Part shown: positions 1-21,400 of the stretch, one piece after another
Layout: each line of letters begins with the position of its first letter
Position numbering within the stretch: position 1 is the first letter of the stretch
Origin: Chlorokybus atmophyticus
Lineage: Eukaryota; Plantae; Mesostigma and Chlorokybus algae
Reading direction: 5' to 3'
Length of the DNA: 64,000 bases
Assembly: GCA_009103225.1 (NCBI GenBank)
Contig: RHPI01002402.1
Coordinates: 248,001-312,000 of the forward strand
Notes under the pieces: generated by a model
What the model was told of the DNA's origin: nothing
Database searches by the model: none
What the model saw: the letters and a program-made list of their open reading frames with translations, nothing else
Position numbers and translations under genes: made by a program

Positions 1-205
1 GTGGGGGTGGGGGCGTGTGCGTGCGCGTACATGTATGCTTTGGCGTGCTCGCATGCTTGCGTGCGCATGAACATAAGCATGCGAGCAACTTGCGTATGTG
101 CACAAGCGCGATTGTGCAGCGTGTGCGTGTGCGTATGCGTGTGCGTGTGCATGCGTCCGCGCACACATGCGCGACTGTTATGCATACACTACCCAACCAC
201 TCCTA

Positions 206-997
206 CCTGTGCAGTATCCTGCAGCTCCGCAATCCTCTGCAGCAGCAGCTCATTCCTAATCGCTTGCGGCGGCAAAAATTGCGCTGTCGCCACATTCACC
301 CCCCCACTCCCACTCCCACTCCCACCCACCTTCCCCCCCCTCTCACTCCCTCTCTCACTCTCACTCCCCCCCGTAATCTCAACCCTCACCCTCTTCTCCT
401 TATTCGTCCCCTCGCTCGTCCTCGGCGCCCTCAGACTCATCCTTGTCGTGGACTCGTGGATAGTTGTTGTGCCGGTGGAGCCGCGGCGGGGGGAGGAGCG
501 GGGAGGAGAGAGGCGAGAAGGGGAGGAGGCGCGGGTGTGGTGGGGGTGGGGGTGGTGCTTGAAGTGGGGGTGGTCGAAGTGAGAAGGGGAGAGAGAACTG
601 GAACGGGTGCGGGTGGGAGAGAGGGAGAGGAGGTCGTCGGCGCTGGGGAGACGTTGCACTGCGGTGTGGGGAGAAGGATTGGTCGTGGTTGTTCGCATAC
701 ACGCGCAGACGCACATACGCACGTATGCACATACAACACATACACACGCGCGCGCGCGCATGCCCGCGCGTGTGTATGTGTTCGTGCATATGCGCACGGC
801 AACGCGCACATGTACAGACACACACTTACTGTCCAGGTTCTTCAGCAGCGTGGCTGTCTTGCGTGTCCGCAGGAGGTGTCCATCGATGCTGATGTCCGAC
901 TTCCGTCTGGTCGACGCCGACGACGGTGTCCGCAACGCTGAGGCCGGCGTCGTCGGCTCGCTGGTGATCCCATCCTCGCGCTTGCTCAACGAACACT
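206..997 (-). CDS. Internal exons of an unidentified Ser/Pro-rich protein-coding gene (incomplete)
   Basis: Minus-strand exon ~997-829 flanked by CAG acceptor and GTAAGT donor, very high GC3 in frame CSLSKREDGITSEPTTP...LLKNLD; phase-compatible next exon from ~660 (QRLPSADDLLSLS...); further exon ~283-206 (QFLPPQAIRNELLLQRIAELQDTAQ, GTAGG donor). No family recognised. Confidence 0.4.
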
Positions 998-1049
998 GTG
1001 AGATCACATACAACAAAGGGATCAACCAGCAGCAATAGTACATCAACAC

Positions 1050-8874
<7,825 letters not shown>

Positions 8875-8975
8875 NACCAGAACTCACAAGACCAATGCAA
8901 GGGCAACCACCACACCATGCAGTTTGTCAACAGCAACACCCACCAGCCAGCACGTCCTCTTACACTGCACACAGC

Positions 8976-9085
8976 AGCGTATGTGCAGGTAACGTGGAAT
9001 GCCGTGAATGCATGCACTAACAGGGCGGCGGTAGGAGTAGGAGTAGGGTAGAGTTAGCCCGGTGGTCGTGTATGCAGCATGCAGG
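8976..9085 (+). repeat. Dispersed repeat family copy (3' half)
   Basis: GTGCAGGTAAC...ATGCATGCACTAACAGGG...GTAGGAGTAG...TAGCCCGGTGGTCGTGTATGCAG; aligns by eye with the 39450-39550 minus-strand copy. Confidence 0.75.
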
Positions 9086-9899
9086 TGCGTGTCATTGGCT
9101 GCATGCAGTTCATGCTGTGCAAATGCATGCTCGTATCAGTTGCTCGCATATCCTGCCTACACCATGTCAGGCCCGTGTCATCAGCAGCAGTCGTGGGGCG
9201 TGGCGAGTATAGGTGTTCATACTAAGCAAACCAGCGGTTCGTTGTTATGTGGCGGTGGTTATGTGCAGCGTCGTCTGCTCACTAACACATTTAGGAAGTC
9301 ACACGAGCTGGATGGCAACTCCTCACGAGTAATTGCCTCCGTGGCCACCAACAGTATAACTCGTCCACAGCTGATTTGGTCAACTGACCCCCTCCAGTAA
9401 TGTTCAGTCACAGCTGGAACGTTGACTCTGGTCTTGGCAACCACCAGCGTCCAACGTACCACGCAGTGTGAAACTAGGCGTGGTAGAGTCGCAGTTCATG
9501 CGTTTTTCACCCGCCTCTGCACTTATGCGCTCGCATTATGTGCGTGCGATGACGGACGGCTGTTGCTGGCGATGCAAGCAGATGGGCAGCCTCTCAAGCT
9601 CCTGCTGGCGACGTTGAGAGCACGCATGATGAAGGACGGAAGCTACTACTGTACTCTACTACTGTACACCGCCGACGCTGCTGTACAAGATGGTGTTCCA
9701 GCAGCTGCAGCAGCAACACAAAGCGACAACGCTGCAACATGCATGGTGAAGCAGCTTGCCCGTGCGACGGACGCAGCCAGCCAACCCGCCACCGGCCACG
9801 CCTAACTGCCAGTAGCAGCGCAGCAGCCCTGCGCGGTGCAGTGCTGATTTTGGCACTGCACGGCGCTGCGAGAGTTAGGGTAGCGGGAGATGGTGCAGC

Positions 9900-10140
9900 G
9901 CTAGGCGCTGCGGCAGAGAGGGTGGCGGGGGAGAGGGAGAGCGAGAGGGAGGGAGTCGTCGTCCTTGCTGTTGCCGTGCGTGCCATTGCCAATACCAACT
10001 AACCCAGACCCATGTGGGCAGGTAAATACAAACTAACACGTGTGCATGCATGTCCAACGGGGTAGGCGAAGTGATGCTAGTGTACAGGATAAGCACAGCG
10101 ATGTAGTGAAAGTTGTAGTGTACATAAACCCGGTGGTTGT
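9900..10140 (+). repeat. Dispersed repeat family copy (near full length)
   Basis: GA-rich tract, GGGAGTC..GTCCTTGCTG, GCAGGTAA, ACGTGTGCATGCATGTCCAACGGGG, CCCGGTGGT at 10129-10137. Confidence 0.7.
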
Positions 10141-10511
10141 ACACTGGCAGTGTGTTGATGTGTGGAGCGTGTGCTGGCTGCTGCATGCATGTGTCACAGC
10201 CATGCGTGTAATAGCTTAGGCAGAACAATACCATACTCCTTTTGTACAACATCAGCTGCACATCCTGCTACTTGAAACTGGTGACTTCAGCTTGATCAAC
10301 TTGCTCATGAGCAGCAATCGTTCAAGAGCAACACAGGCAACTACAACTCTCTCTGTAACTATTATAATCTGCTCAGCAATATACCGACTGACCATCCACT
10401 GGCGTTGACAGCCAAATCAAGCCTCATCCGCACTGTAGACATTACGCTACAGCCTTCTTGTCCAGCAAGCACAGCTGGACACATGACCGTTGGCTGTGTT
10501 GAACTTCGAAA

Positions 10512-11933
10512 CTACAGAGCAGCAGTCTGGCCATTTGCATCTGGTTCTTTATGCAGATCCACTTCCTGTGGAGGACTCTCAGCAAACAGATCATGGACTA
10601 AAGTCTTCGCGCTATCGTTGTCGCTGACAGAATTATCCCTTAGGCTTGTTGGGTTACCTGCTTCTTTGTCAAACTTGGATGCTTGATCACCAGTATCGCA
10701 GGCGCCCCTTGGCGTGTCCTCTGCCTTGGGTGAATCCTTTGATATGGGTGTTGACACCGGGGGCAAGTCTCCATACAACGATACCTCCGAAGTGGGTGAC
10801 CGAAGCGACTGTTGCAGATAGAGTTGTAGCCGCTGGGTGATAGCAGAACTGTTGCTGCTTTTCGGGCTGGTGGATGCGCCCAGTAAGGATTTGTCCTTGC
10901 GGGGAACAATAGTGCTTGTCACAAGGCCTTCAAACTTGCCTACGCCGTTTCCCTTCTCAACACCAGCCGGACCCACGCCTTGTGCAAAGCCGTCTCCCAA
11001 TGAGATGCCAACAACATCTTCAAGCTGGAGGTTTGCAAGACATTGCTCAGATGCAGCCAGTTGGCCAGGTTGACCACAATGGCACAACAAGAGAGCTGTA
11101 ATAAAGCAAGCCACAAGCTCACCTTCCCACCCGTCTCATCACGAAACATGACCTTTGAGGTGCGCGGCTTCTTCGCCTTGCGGATGTCTTCTCCTTCCTC
11201 CGTGTCCGCTTTCTGTGGGAGGTGGACGTGCTCGACATATAAGCCCTTTTGGTTGCAAATGGTGTTGTATACGAGCACAGCATCAGCGTCGTTGGGATCT
11301 GGCACGGGTGGCACTGGTATGTCTTCAGACTTCCGAGCGGTCCGCACACTTGGTGCGATTGGTGGCAGTCGTAGGATGTAGACGCGTGAGGACACTGCAA
11401 AGCGCAGAGAACAACCATCCTCAAGCTCTGATGGTACTTCTTTGGGAATACGCTCCCCTGAGATGAAGGTGCCGTGTGCAGAGCCTGCATGTTGCAAGCA
11501 AGCAGCTGCTTTAGGCAGTCTGGTCACATGCAAGGTTAAGCAGCATGTGGTCCTAACTGCTGCACGAACCTAAGTCAACAACAAAGATCGACCCGTTGTG
11601 ATGGTGTAAAAGCGCTGCGTGGTGACGAGAAATGGAAGGATGCTCAAGCACAACGTCGCAGTTCGCACCGCGGCCAAAAAGGATGCGCGCTCGGTTCAGT
11701 TGTATATTGTCTATTACCTCCCCCTCTTTGCGAACCTGTGCATGTCATATTCAGGGTGCTTGACTTGAGTGTTGCGACAACCATGCGCAAGTGCTGTGAC
11801 TGCTTTTGCTCGCCTCATGTATAATGTGACTCACCTCAAGGGACCCACAGGCCCCACGCGGTGCAACTGCCCACTCTGGGAGTTCTGGTAGAGGTGGCGC
11901 TGCTGGCGCGGGAATCTGTGGGATGACAGCCAT
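10512..11933 (-). CDS. NIPP1/PPP1R8-like FHA-domain protein (nuclear PP1 regulator)
   Basis: Four exons (11933-11835, ~11735-11570, 11484-11123, ~11050-10512). FHA motifs LFGRGANCDVVLEHPSISRHHA..DLGSAHGTF; VYNTICNQK; basic KKPRTSKVMF (RVxF-type PP1 motif); plant-type LEDVVGIS and SLYGDLP segments. Confidence 0.85.
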
Positions 11934-11971
11934 AGCGTGTGAGTATGTGTAGCAATAGTGGAATAGCCCCC

Positions 11972-12496
11972 NNNNNNNNNNNNNNNNNNNNNNNNNNNNN
12001 NNNNNNNNNNNNNNNNNNNNNNNNNNNNNNNNNNNNNNNNNNNNNNNNNNNNNNNNNNNNNNNNNNNNNNNNNNNNNNNNNNNNNNNNNNNNNNNNNNNN
12101 NNNNNNNNNNNNNNNNNNNNNNNNNNNNNNNNNNNNNNNNNNNNNNNNNNNNNNNNNNNNNNNNNNNNNNNNNNNNNNNNNNNNNNNNNNNNNNNNNNNN
12201 NNNNNNNNNNNNNNNNNNNNNNNNNNNNNNNNNNNNNNNNNNNNNNNNNNNNNNNNNNNNNNNNNNNNNNNNNNNNNNNNNNNNNNNNNNNNNNNNNNNN
12301 NNNNNNNNNNNNNNNNNNNNNNNNNNNNNNNNNNNNNNNNNNNNNNNNNNNNNNNNNNNNNNNNNNNNNNNNNNNNNNNNNNNNNNNNNNNNNNNNNNNN
12401 NNNNNNNNNNNNNNNNNNNNNNNNNNNNNNNNNNNNNNNNNNNNNNNNNNNNNNNNNNNNNNNNNNNNNNNNNNNNNNNNNNNNNNNNNNNNNNNN
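11972..12496. other. Assembly gap (525 N)
   Basis: Run of N. Confidence 1.
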
Positions 12497-13160
12497 CGCC
12501 CCTGTCCATTCTCTCTCACACAACACCGAGTTCCCCTCGAGTTCATGCAGCTAATGCAGGTTCTGTGCCAAGCTTTGCCTGCTGTGCATCCGCTGGCTGA
12601 CAGGCGTGTAACGTCGGGTGCAAACAGACTGCGCTGAGTGCTGTGAAGGCCAGTGCAGATCCTATACAAGCATGTCCGTCAACCTCTGATCACAACAAGA
12701 TGAAGAGCTTGCACTGTGCTATTTGTTATAACTGGCAAGCGACGCACATAGCAGCTGGTTGCCACAAGAGCACCATTGCAACCACTCTGCAAGCTTGCAA
12801 ACCACATGGTGATATGGTACGAAAGACCCGACACGGGGGGAAGCGACGCTCTCTAATAAAGCTTGCACCACGAGCAGTGACCGCGAGGCAGGACTCTCAT
12901 GCGGCCAGTAAATATACGCTGGCGTTGCTTCCAAAAGCATAGGGCTTAACCCCAAACGCCATCAAGCATGCCTGCTGCTCTAGCATGTGCTGGACGTTAG
13001 CTAACAGCCAGGCTCTTGGTAAGGGCCGCTTACCAAGGACTGCTGGCGCGGCTTCACAGCCGCCTGCATTGGGCCTGCATGCTCACGCAATGACAACCCC
13101 TAGTCCCCATTCTGTCAATGCCCTGCCCCTTCCAGCCCTCAACACATACGCCACCGCCAT
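12497..13160 (-). CDS. Possible 5' part of a small gene truncated by the gap (maybe organelle-targeted)
   Basis: GCC/ACC-rich 5'-UTR-like tract at 13140-13220 as upstream of other minus genes; strong GTAAGC donor at ~13032; candidate exons GSALAFTALSAVCLHPTLHACQPADA and LHELEGNSVLCEREWTGA running into the gap. No family recognised. Confidence 0.3.
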
Positions 13161-13724
13161 CGCCGACAACGCCGACAACGCCACCACAGCTGCCACCGCT
13201 GCTGACACCAGCGCTAGCTGACAATATTCTGGAAACCCTGATTTGATTCACATGTCTGGAACACGATCGGTAGCAGCCCGTTGGGGAACTCGTTCGCAAA
13301 CGGATCGGTCGACTCTGTGCTGTTTCACCAGGTTATGGCAGCAGTTGAGTATGTGCTGAGAGCATAGCTGGCGGGCTCCACGCCGTCGTCGTTGTCCTCT
13401 TCCTCGTCGTCGTCGACCTTGTTGTCGTTGTCGAGGTTTGTCCAAAGAGGATGCCCACAAAGCTGCGTTGTTGCGGATGCCTTCAGCGCTAGGAATGCTG
13501 GAAGGTTGCGATGGGAAAGGAGCGATCAGGACTAGGAGGAGGGAGCAATCAAGCAGCAGGATGCTTTGTGTAACGTAGCTTAGATCAGTGTTATGACTTT
13601 TGTTTGGGTTGACTCTGCCTGTGCCATGCGACGAAAGTAGCTGGCATTGTGCTCGGCCCCATTGTCAGCGTCGGTCGTAGAGTAGTGTGGGCCGTTGTTG
13701 CACTCTGCATTGCCGGAGAGTGGG

Positions 13725-13733
13725 TTAGGGTTT
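13725..13733 (-). promoter_or_regulatory. Telo-box (AAACCCTAA on minus strand)
   Basis: TTAGGGTTT 4 nt before the ATG of the PXA/PX gene. Confidence 0.55.
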
Positions 13734-13737
13734 CGCA

Positions 13738-16700
13738 ATGGTGAAGCCTTCCGATGAGTTCAAGCAGAAGCTTCTGCAGGCGGTTGCATTGGTTCTCAGT
13801 CTCGCCTATTTTCTTACAAGTAAGCTGCCGCATTCAATTGCACTGGTGCTTTGCCACGACAATTGCGCCCAAATCGTAGATGAGCCTAGCAAGGGTCTCT
13901 GCACTAGGCCATCACGCAGGCCTCGTCTACCAGTACTCGTATGTTATCCACAACTTCACAGCTGGCATGCGTGTCCACGTTCTGTGCATGGAGGACGAAT
14001 CTTTTTTCTGCGCAATAGAAACAGACTCACAAAAACCTGAACCACTTTGTCTGTTCGCTGACAGTTTCCAGCAGCTCTTACTTCATGAATGTGCCGATCG
14101 CGCTGTTGCTGGTCATGTTTGTGCGATACTTGTTGTCGCGGTTTGAGCTGCGGCCACGTTCATCCCACAGCACGCTTTACCCAATCGCTCGCAACTCGGT
14201 TGGTGAGGATCAGCAGTCAGGGCCTATCAAGGCTGCACCGAGCAACAGGCAGGAGCAGTCCAGATCAAAGGCAGCAGATGGCCGATGGAGGCAGAATGTC
14301 AATGCTGTGCCAGTTGAGGATGCCATAGAGGAGTTGACGGGCGCCATTATCAAGGAGTTTGTCGACGATTTGTGGTGGTGCCACATCACCCGAGATAGGG
14401 AGGGCCCTGCAGAAGCGCAGAAACTCGTTAATGGGGTGTGCGGGGAGATAGCGCGCCGCGCAAGACGAATTGACCTTGTTGCTTTGCTAACCAAGTAAGG
14501 AGTAGATACTTTTGTCGTGTCGTGTCAGCATGAGTGTTGCAGAGCAGTGTTGACTGTATAGAACGTTGCAACAAATCTTGCATGATTTGCAGCAGTATTT
14601 GCTTCAGTGCATAGTTCAGTGTATTGAACTGCATGTTGCATTCATCAGGGATGCCGTTTTCCTGTTCACTGAACATCTGGAGTTGTTCCGACGCACGCGG
14701 GAATCACTTGGCGATGTGTTTGATAATGTGGACACTGTTGAGCGAGATCAATGCATGCGACGTTTGCTAGAGGCCTCCGGCGACCTTCATGTTGCCTTAC
14801 TCTCAGCAGAAAATGAGTATCGGGTAAGGCTTCGCGTGATGTCATGTTATCACCATATACCAGTGGGTCAGATTCCAGTTGTGCTTAGCAACCATGTGTA
14901 TGAATGTGCTGTGCAGGTGTTGAGACGGTTGACAGAAGGGATTATTGCACTCACGTTGCGGCGTGAGGATGCCGAGTGCAATCTTGTGCGCTGCTTAGCA
15001 AGGGAGTTGCTGGCAGGCGCAGTACTCAAGCCAGTCATTGAATTTACGAGCCCAGGGTAAGGCTCGAGTGGATACTGCTGGTAAACTCACTGATTGGATC
15101 CCTGTCAGCATTAGTTCGTCTGCATCCGATGATGTCACAAACGAACATAGAGAGCATGCACTGGTTTTTCTTGTGTTTCTTGGCGCAAATATGAACAACA
15201 CCTGCAGGTGGTTGAATGAGCTGGCGTTGCTATTACTGCCAGAAGTTGAGCCACCGCCTGCAGTCAGGAGGCCCGATGGCTCGGTTGACATGCATCCTCT
15301 GGATAAGAATTATGTTGCCAGCACAGAGGCTGAGACCATTGGTCGCAGCGCAAGCCTGCAGGATGTCACGCTGCATTTTAGGTCTCAGTCAGTGGGCTCA
15401 AGACCGCAGTCGGCATCAGAGTCAGCGGAGAGTATGTCCGGGTTTCAAGATTGCGGTGTTGTGTCGTTGGAAAGCTTGGGCATAGGCGCAGCTGCCATGA
15501 CAAAGACAGCAAGCGAGGGTGCGAGGGCACACGAGGACAGTGCAGCAGTGGCGCGCCCGCCTCGCCCTCGCCACGTGCGTGCAAGCAGCAGTGGGGCGAG
15601 CAGTGGCCGCGATGATGAGGAGTGGGAGACGCTGAGTGATGGCCATGCAGATGCTTTGCGCAGAGACGGCACCAGGACACCTGATGTCACCACGCAGCGC
15701 AGGCCAAGCCCACTGGCGCCTGGCTCTACAGAACTTGCTAACAGAGGCTCTTCACAACGCATACCTCGAGTGCGAGCAAGGGTACTTCTTGTTGCTGGAG
15801 CTTGAGTGCAGTGTTGTTGCACGCTTACCAACAATGACGACGGGGTGACCTGTGCAGGTTTCAGGTGTAGAGATCAAAGGGGAAAGCCACAAATCGTACG
15901 CGTCTTACATGCTGTCCGTTGTTAATGGTACCAGTTCGTGGCTTGTCTACAGAAGGTACACCACTTGCTACTTTCGAATCTCAGTGAGATCAGTGCTGAT
16001 AGCTGCGTGGTGCAGGTATCGCAACTTTGAGACCTTGCACAGACGGCTGAGGACTTTCCCCAATTACCGGGCAAAGCTACCACCAAAACGGATTATGTTT
16101 GATAACCTTGATGGTTCTTTTGTCACAGAGCGCCGCGATGCCTTGGATCGTTATGTGCAAGAAATCATGTCCGTTCCAGATTTAGCGGAAAGCGCTGAGA
16201 TTGCTGACTTTTTGACACCGCTATCAGAGGTATGTAGTATCATTGTCCCGAAATGCACAGCAGGGAACACCAGCTAATGCCAGTTTTGGGGCATGCAGAC
16301 GTATGGCACGCATGCAGAGGGCCCCTCTATGTTTCAAGCTCTTGCAGGTGAGTATCAGCTGATCTTGAGCTTAGCTGTGGGTACTGCTCCCTGACGCACT
16401 TGTTGTCCCAGATAATGTAGATGATGCCAAGGACAGCATGATTCGCTCATTTGCACAAGCTTCGGATGAGTTCACCAACGCCATCATAACGGCAACAACT
16501 GTCCTGGGTGGGAAAGAAAGTGCAGGAAAGCCTGGCGGTGGCCGTAACAATGGAAGGAGCTCTGAGACAAGTCCTGCCTCCAGCACCATTATCTCCCCTG
16601 TAAATAGCGGCAACAACTCGCAGCTTACAAAAGCCTCAATGGCAGCTCAGTCGTTTACCTCCGGCTCGACAGATGCTGCAGCTCGCAAACGCGCATCCAA

Positions 16701-17624
16701 TCCTGAGAATGCATCCTTTCTCACTGGGCACATTGCCTCTGCTTTGGACCATGTCTTTAGTGAAGATGGTTTGGCGGGTGCTGTTGAGGTACGCCATGTC
16801 GTTGTAGCAATGCAGATGTTGAACATTTGACCTGCAGATCCTGACTGCTCTTTGCTTGCGGTAGTATTCAAACTTGAGCGCGCCTGTGTACCATCTTGTG
16901 GACACTATTTTCGAGTTGGAGGGCCATGGTTGGCTGCGGTAAGGGTTGCGTGGAGAGTGTGAGCGAATTTGTGTCGCAAACCCACCTTCAACCATTATGA
17001 TTGTGGCGCATTGCAGGCGAAAAATGTTGTGGATTGTGCGGCAAGTGCTGGAGCTCATCCTCGGCGATGCTATTGATGATTGGTTATTGGCCCACGTACA
17101 AGTTGTGCGCAAACCAGAGAGCATAGCTGGTGCCATCCGGTGGATCAAAAAGGCGTTGTGGCCGAACGGCATGTGGTTCGCTAAAGCGCGCGATTTACAA
17201 GCTGGCAAGCAGATTCAGCAGCAGGTTGTTGCAGCCACCGCTACTAAAGCCGGCATGGTGCCGCCCACCAATGTGGCTCCCACACCACCATCGCAGGCAG
17301 GCAAACCGGTTGTTGGAAGCCCAGCAAGGGCCGCAATGGTCCGCCAGCGACTGCTTGGTGAGTTGCTTACCATGGTAGGCACAAGTTTGCACCTGCGCAA
17401 TGCCTCTGACCTGCGGACTACTTATTGCAGGCACGTCACATCCAGCGGTAGTTAGCCTGATTGGCAAAAGACGGTACCAGAAAGGCACCATGGATGTGTA
17501 TGAGTTTGTTCAGTCTCCAACATTTACCAGGCAGCTTGGTTATGGCCTGCTGGAGCTATTGATTGTCACAGTGTTTCCTGAACTGCAAGCGCTTGTCATG
17601 GATGTGCGCAGTGGGTTCGCGTGA
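13738..17624 (+). CDS. PXA-PX-Nexin_C sorting-nexin-like protein (SNX13/14/19/25, Mdm1 family)
   Basis: N-terminal TM segments; PXA (VEDAIEELTGAIIKEFVDDLWWCHIT; LVRCLARELLAGAVLKP); PX (WLVYRRYRNFETLHRRL...LPPKR...ERRDALDRY); Nexin_C (LGDAIDDWLL...LWPNG; QLGYGLLELLIVTVFPEL). Multi-exon. Confidence 0.9.
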
Positions 17625-18484
17625 TCGCGTGGCTGCAAGCTCTACGCTAGCCACGTGCACTGCCTGACCAACCCTCTCGTCCACACGAAGTACACAAAGC
17701 TCTGCCTGCACTGAGGTAAACATGCCTTACATGTTATTGTGCATGATGAAACTTTAGCGCATTTTTAAACCAAAAGTAAGTTGGTCACACGCAATGGTAT
17801 CACCCCAAATTGTACATAAGTGTCAAACCTCATTGTGCAGGGCACTGAGTACAAAGACATGGCCATGTCGGCCTCAAGCTACATGGAGGTGGCTCCCACA
17901 CATTGGGGTGCTTAGATGGTGCTGCTAACGTTAAGCTAGTATGGACTGGTTCTCCGTTGTGTATATAGTATGTGTGCAGCATAAAGGTGAGCGCTTGCCA
18001 CAAGTGTGTCAGCAGGCAACTTGCATTGCCTGTTAACGGAGTCATAGAGCAGTCACGTGGGCTGTCTTGTGACAGCATGCACTTTTGTGTTGCCTTATGC
18101 ATGTGCAAGGATTTCCATACAAGCTGCAGATATCGCGTCATCTGTGTGTATATGTTTATGCGGGGGTGCTTCATGTGGATCTGATTCTGATGACCGATGC
18201 AACAAGTGTATAATATAGTATACAAGGATTGTGTGTCGTTGCTGTCAGTCTACTGATCAATTGTGCTTATGCATGTAGTGTGCTTCGGCATTGTTGAGGC
18301 GCAGCCCCCCCTCGGTGCTTACACAATCATGTGAGCGTGCATGATCAGCGACACAGCCACTGAAGTTCTCACTGCATCCATTTTCGCAGTGCGACTCATA
18401 CACGCCTGTTTGAGAAATATGTTGCACAACATGCAAAGCAGCCCAGAGTGACAGAAGTGATGCGCACGCTATTGCACACCAACT

Positions 18485-21400
18485 TTACTCAAACCACCTT
18501 GACAGCCGCGTCCTGACTGAGCCCTGAGCCTGGACCTGAGGAGTTGCAGGCCTTTCAAAATATTTCTTGCGATACTGGGCCACAAGCTTCTCGTGTTTGT
18601 CCTCCTCTGGCGCAGGCTTGGCTCTTGATGACTTCACGCGCTGTCCCTTATTCTTGCCGTTGCGATCTTTGTCAACTCTTGAGCCGTGTACCTCTGAAAC
18701 CTTCTGCACAGCAGGGGGGAACGCTGCGATGCTGGACGCGGCCCTGGTGTTGCGCTTGGGATTACTCAACGCGCCACCTGAACCATTTTGTCGACCATCA
18801 ACAGGTTTGAGCATCTCTTTGACCTTCCGACCTTCCGCTTTCTGCACTTTCTTCCTGCTGCTTCCACCATCTGACTCCTGCCTCTTGCGCTTGTTGCCGT
18901 GCTTGGCGGTGCCATTGGCCTCAGCCTTCTGCCCTGATGGGGTTTCTTGTGTACTGGCTTGCTTATGCTGTGATGGACCGGGCTTGTTTTGGGGTGATTG
19001 CTCATGTTGCTGACTGCTTGGATGTCCTTGGCTGCCTCCTTCATGTTTCTTGCTGTTCCCTTGCTTGCGATTATCCAATCTATCCTTGCGGACCTTCAAT
19101 ATCTGAGCGTTCTCAATCGCAAACTCTACAATCGGTCTGTGCTCATTACCCCAAGGGCCTGCAAACAGGGAGTCTAAGTCAGTGCACACATTGGTGCTAA
19201 GCAGAAAGGAGAGCTTCATGACAAGCGGATTGGCGCACAGAAACAGGAAAGCCACAACAGACTTTGCACTTGTGGAGTGCATGACACGGTGTTCATGGGC
19301 TTGTCAAATCAAGCGTTACCAGGGTTGTTGTTGAGTGCTCGTAAAGCGACAAGCGCATGCTCGTGCTCTGTGAACTCCACAAAAGCGCTCCCTTTTGCGC
19401 GTCCAAGTCCGTCAGCACCAATCTTGTCACGGTCCCGCAGGATTTTCACCTGCATCAATTACGCATTGACTAGTCTGCTCACATCTGAGCAGCACCACGA
19501 CGGATCAACTTCCAATACCTGTTTTATCACAGGCGTCTGTTTGGTAGCTCGCTCCTTCACCGCTGATATAAACATTGTCTTCAGCTTTTTATCATCCATG
19601 GAGGAAGGTACATTATGCACCGACAAACGTGTCTGCGACACAAAGAAGTTGGGGCTGCGCAACTTTGTGGTCTTCTCTGCTTCCAGCCTGCATGCAGAAA
19701 AGACTGAGATTCACTCTGAGAAGGACAACATACTTGCCAAAGCCAACAGTATGGCTCATAGCAAGATTGCCTAAGGAGTTGTACACAGCTTTGTGCTCGA
19801 TACTAGCATCATATTGAGTACTCCAGTTCATAAGAGAACCTTTGCATTCATAAATAGAGCATTTGTATCGAGCAAGCGACCAAATAGTACCTCTTTCTCT
19901 TTGCAAAGTCTGACTTTGACATGCCTTGCGCTGCAGGCGACCCTTGCGGTATTGACCCCTCCTGACAATCCGTGTCCTCATCAGTGATGTCAGTTACCTT
20001 GCAGCAATGCACCATTCTGGCCAAAAGACCACAAGACTTACCTTAGCCAGATGCAGGTTGCGCTTTTCACCACCCTTGCCTGTTTCACTTGCAGCGACAG
20101 CAATGGCTTTGGCCCTGTCTTTGTCCACTGCAAGATGAACCAGCAAAGGCTGGCCATGAATTAGCACGCGTTTACCCTCAGCGGCCGCGACAGCCTTATC
20201 AGCCGCTTTCTGGTCTTGGAAGTCCACAAAAGCCGTGCCTTTGTTTCGGCCTGTACTCTTGTTCTTCACCAACCGACATGAGCGAATCTTGCCAAAGGCG
20301 GCCAGACTCTGTCTCACAGCTTCTGGTGTTGCATCTATTGGGATGTTGCGCACAAACACTGTCACAGGAGGGACATCTGGTGCGGGGGTGGGCTTCGTCA
20401 ATGCGGGCTTTGCTGCCTTGACCATTTTGGCTTCAGTAACTGCACGGTAACATGAGTCACAAACACAACTTCAACATGCAGTACAATGAATGCCACTTTG
20501 TCGATACAGCGCAGTGGTGTACACGACTATGGTCTTGCCTTGGCGTGACTCAGGGACACTGGGCTGAGATGGCCCCAGCACTTCAGCTAATGCCTTTTGA
20601 TAAACGGCTTCTTCATCAGCAGCGCGTGCCACACCATCTTCATTATGTTCGTCAGGCTCTGAGTCAGCAGCGTCAATATCCTCATCACCGCTATGTTCAA
20701 TCGCGCCCTGGCCGGCTTCGCGGTCTCGCGCAACATCTGAGACATCACTTTCTTCACTAGCAGTGCTAGCGCCATCATCGACTTGAAGCCTATCTTCTGG
20801 CTCCGCCTTTGACGGCTCAGCCGCTGCCACGACCAACTCAAACTTGCTCTTGGCTAAAGCCCAGTCCACAGCTATGGGTCGCTTTTGTACCAATCGCCCA
20901 TTGAGCTCAGCGATCGCCTGTGTATGTGCAGACATAAGAGCGAGAACAACCACAAGATTGTTCAACGAAGGTAGTTGGCTCAAGCTCATAAACGACACCA
21001 GCGGCGATGTCTGTGCTTGCTTACCTTGATAGCATCACTCTTGCTAGTGTAAGTGACGAACGCAAAGCCTTTGCCCCTGTGACAGCGGCGGACATCAGCA
21101 AATGCTGGCAAGGCAAACCACATAACCTATACTGATCCACAATCACCTTCCATTCGCTTCCACTGGGACCTTTAAATCCCACACAAACCCAACTGCGGAG
21201 CACAATTCTTGCAACTCCGCACTCTTGACCTTCAACGCAACATACCAATTTTCTTAGCTGAAGTGCGCAGGGAAGCCGTTTGCAATCGCACTTACGACAC
21301 AGCAAGCTGCTCAAACCTGGAATGGTAGGTTGCGCAAGATCAACCGGAGCTGCTTCAGATGCGCACCCTGCCATGCAAACCCCGCCATGAGTGGTTGTTA

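Noticed and set aside
9259-9462. ISCGRVILLVATEA resembling helicase motif V
   Set aside because: Single short motif with no other helicase motifs nearby.
13030-13160. In-frame TGA in MAVAY...VVIA*ACRP as possible selenocysteine
   Set aside because: No selenoprotein-like motif and no SECIS seen; a downstream ATG or the GTGAG donor explains it.
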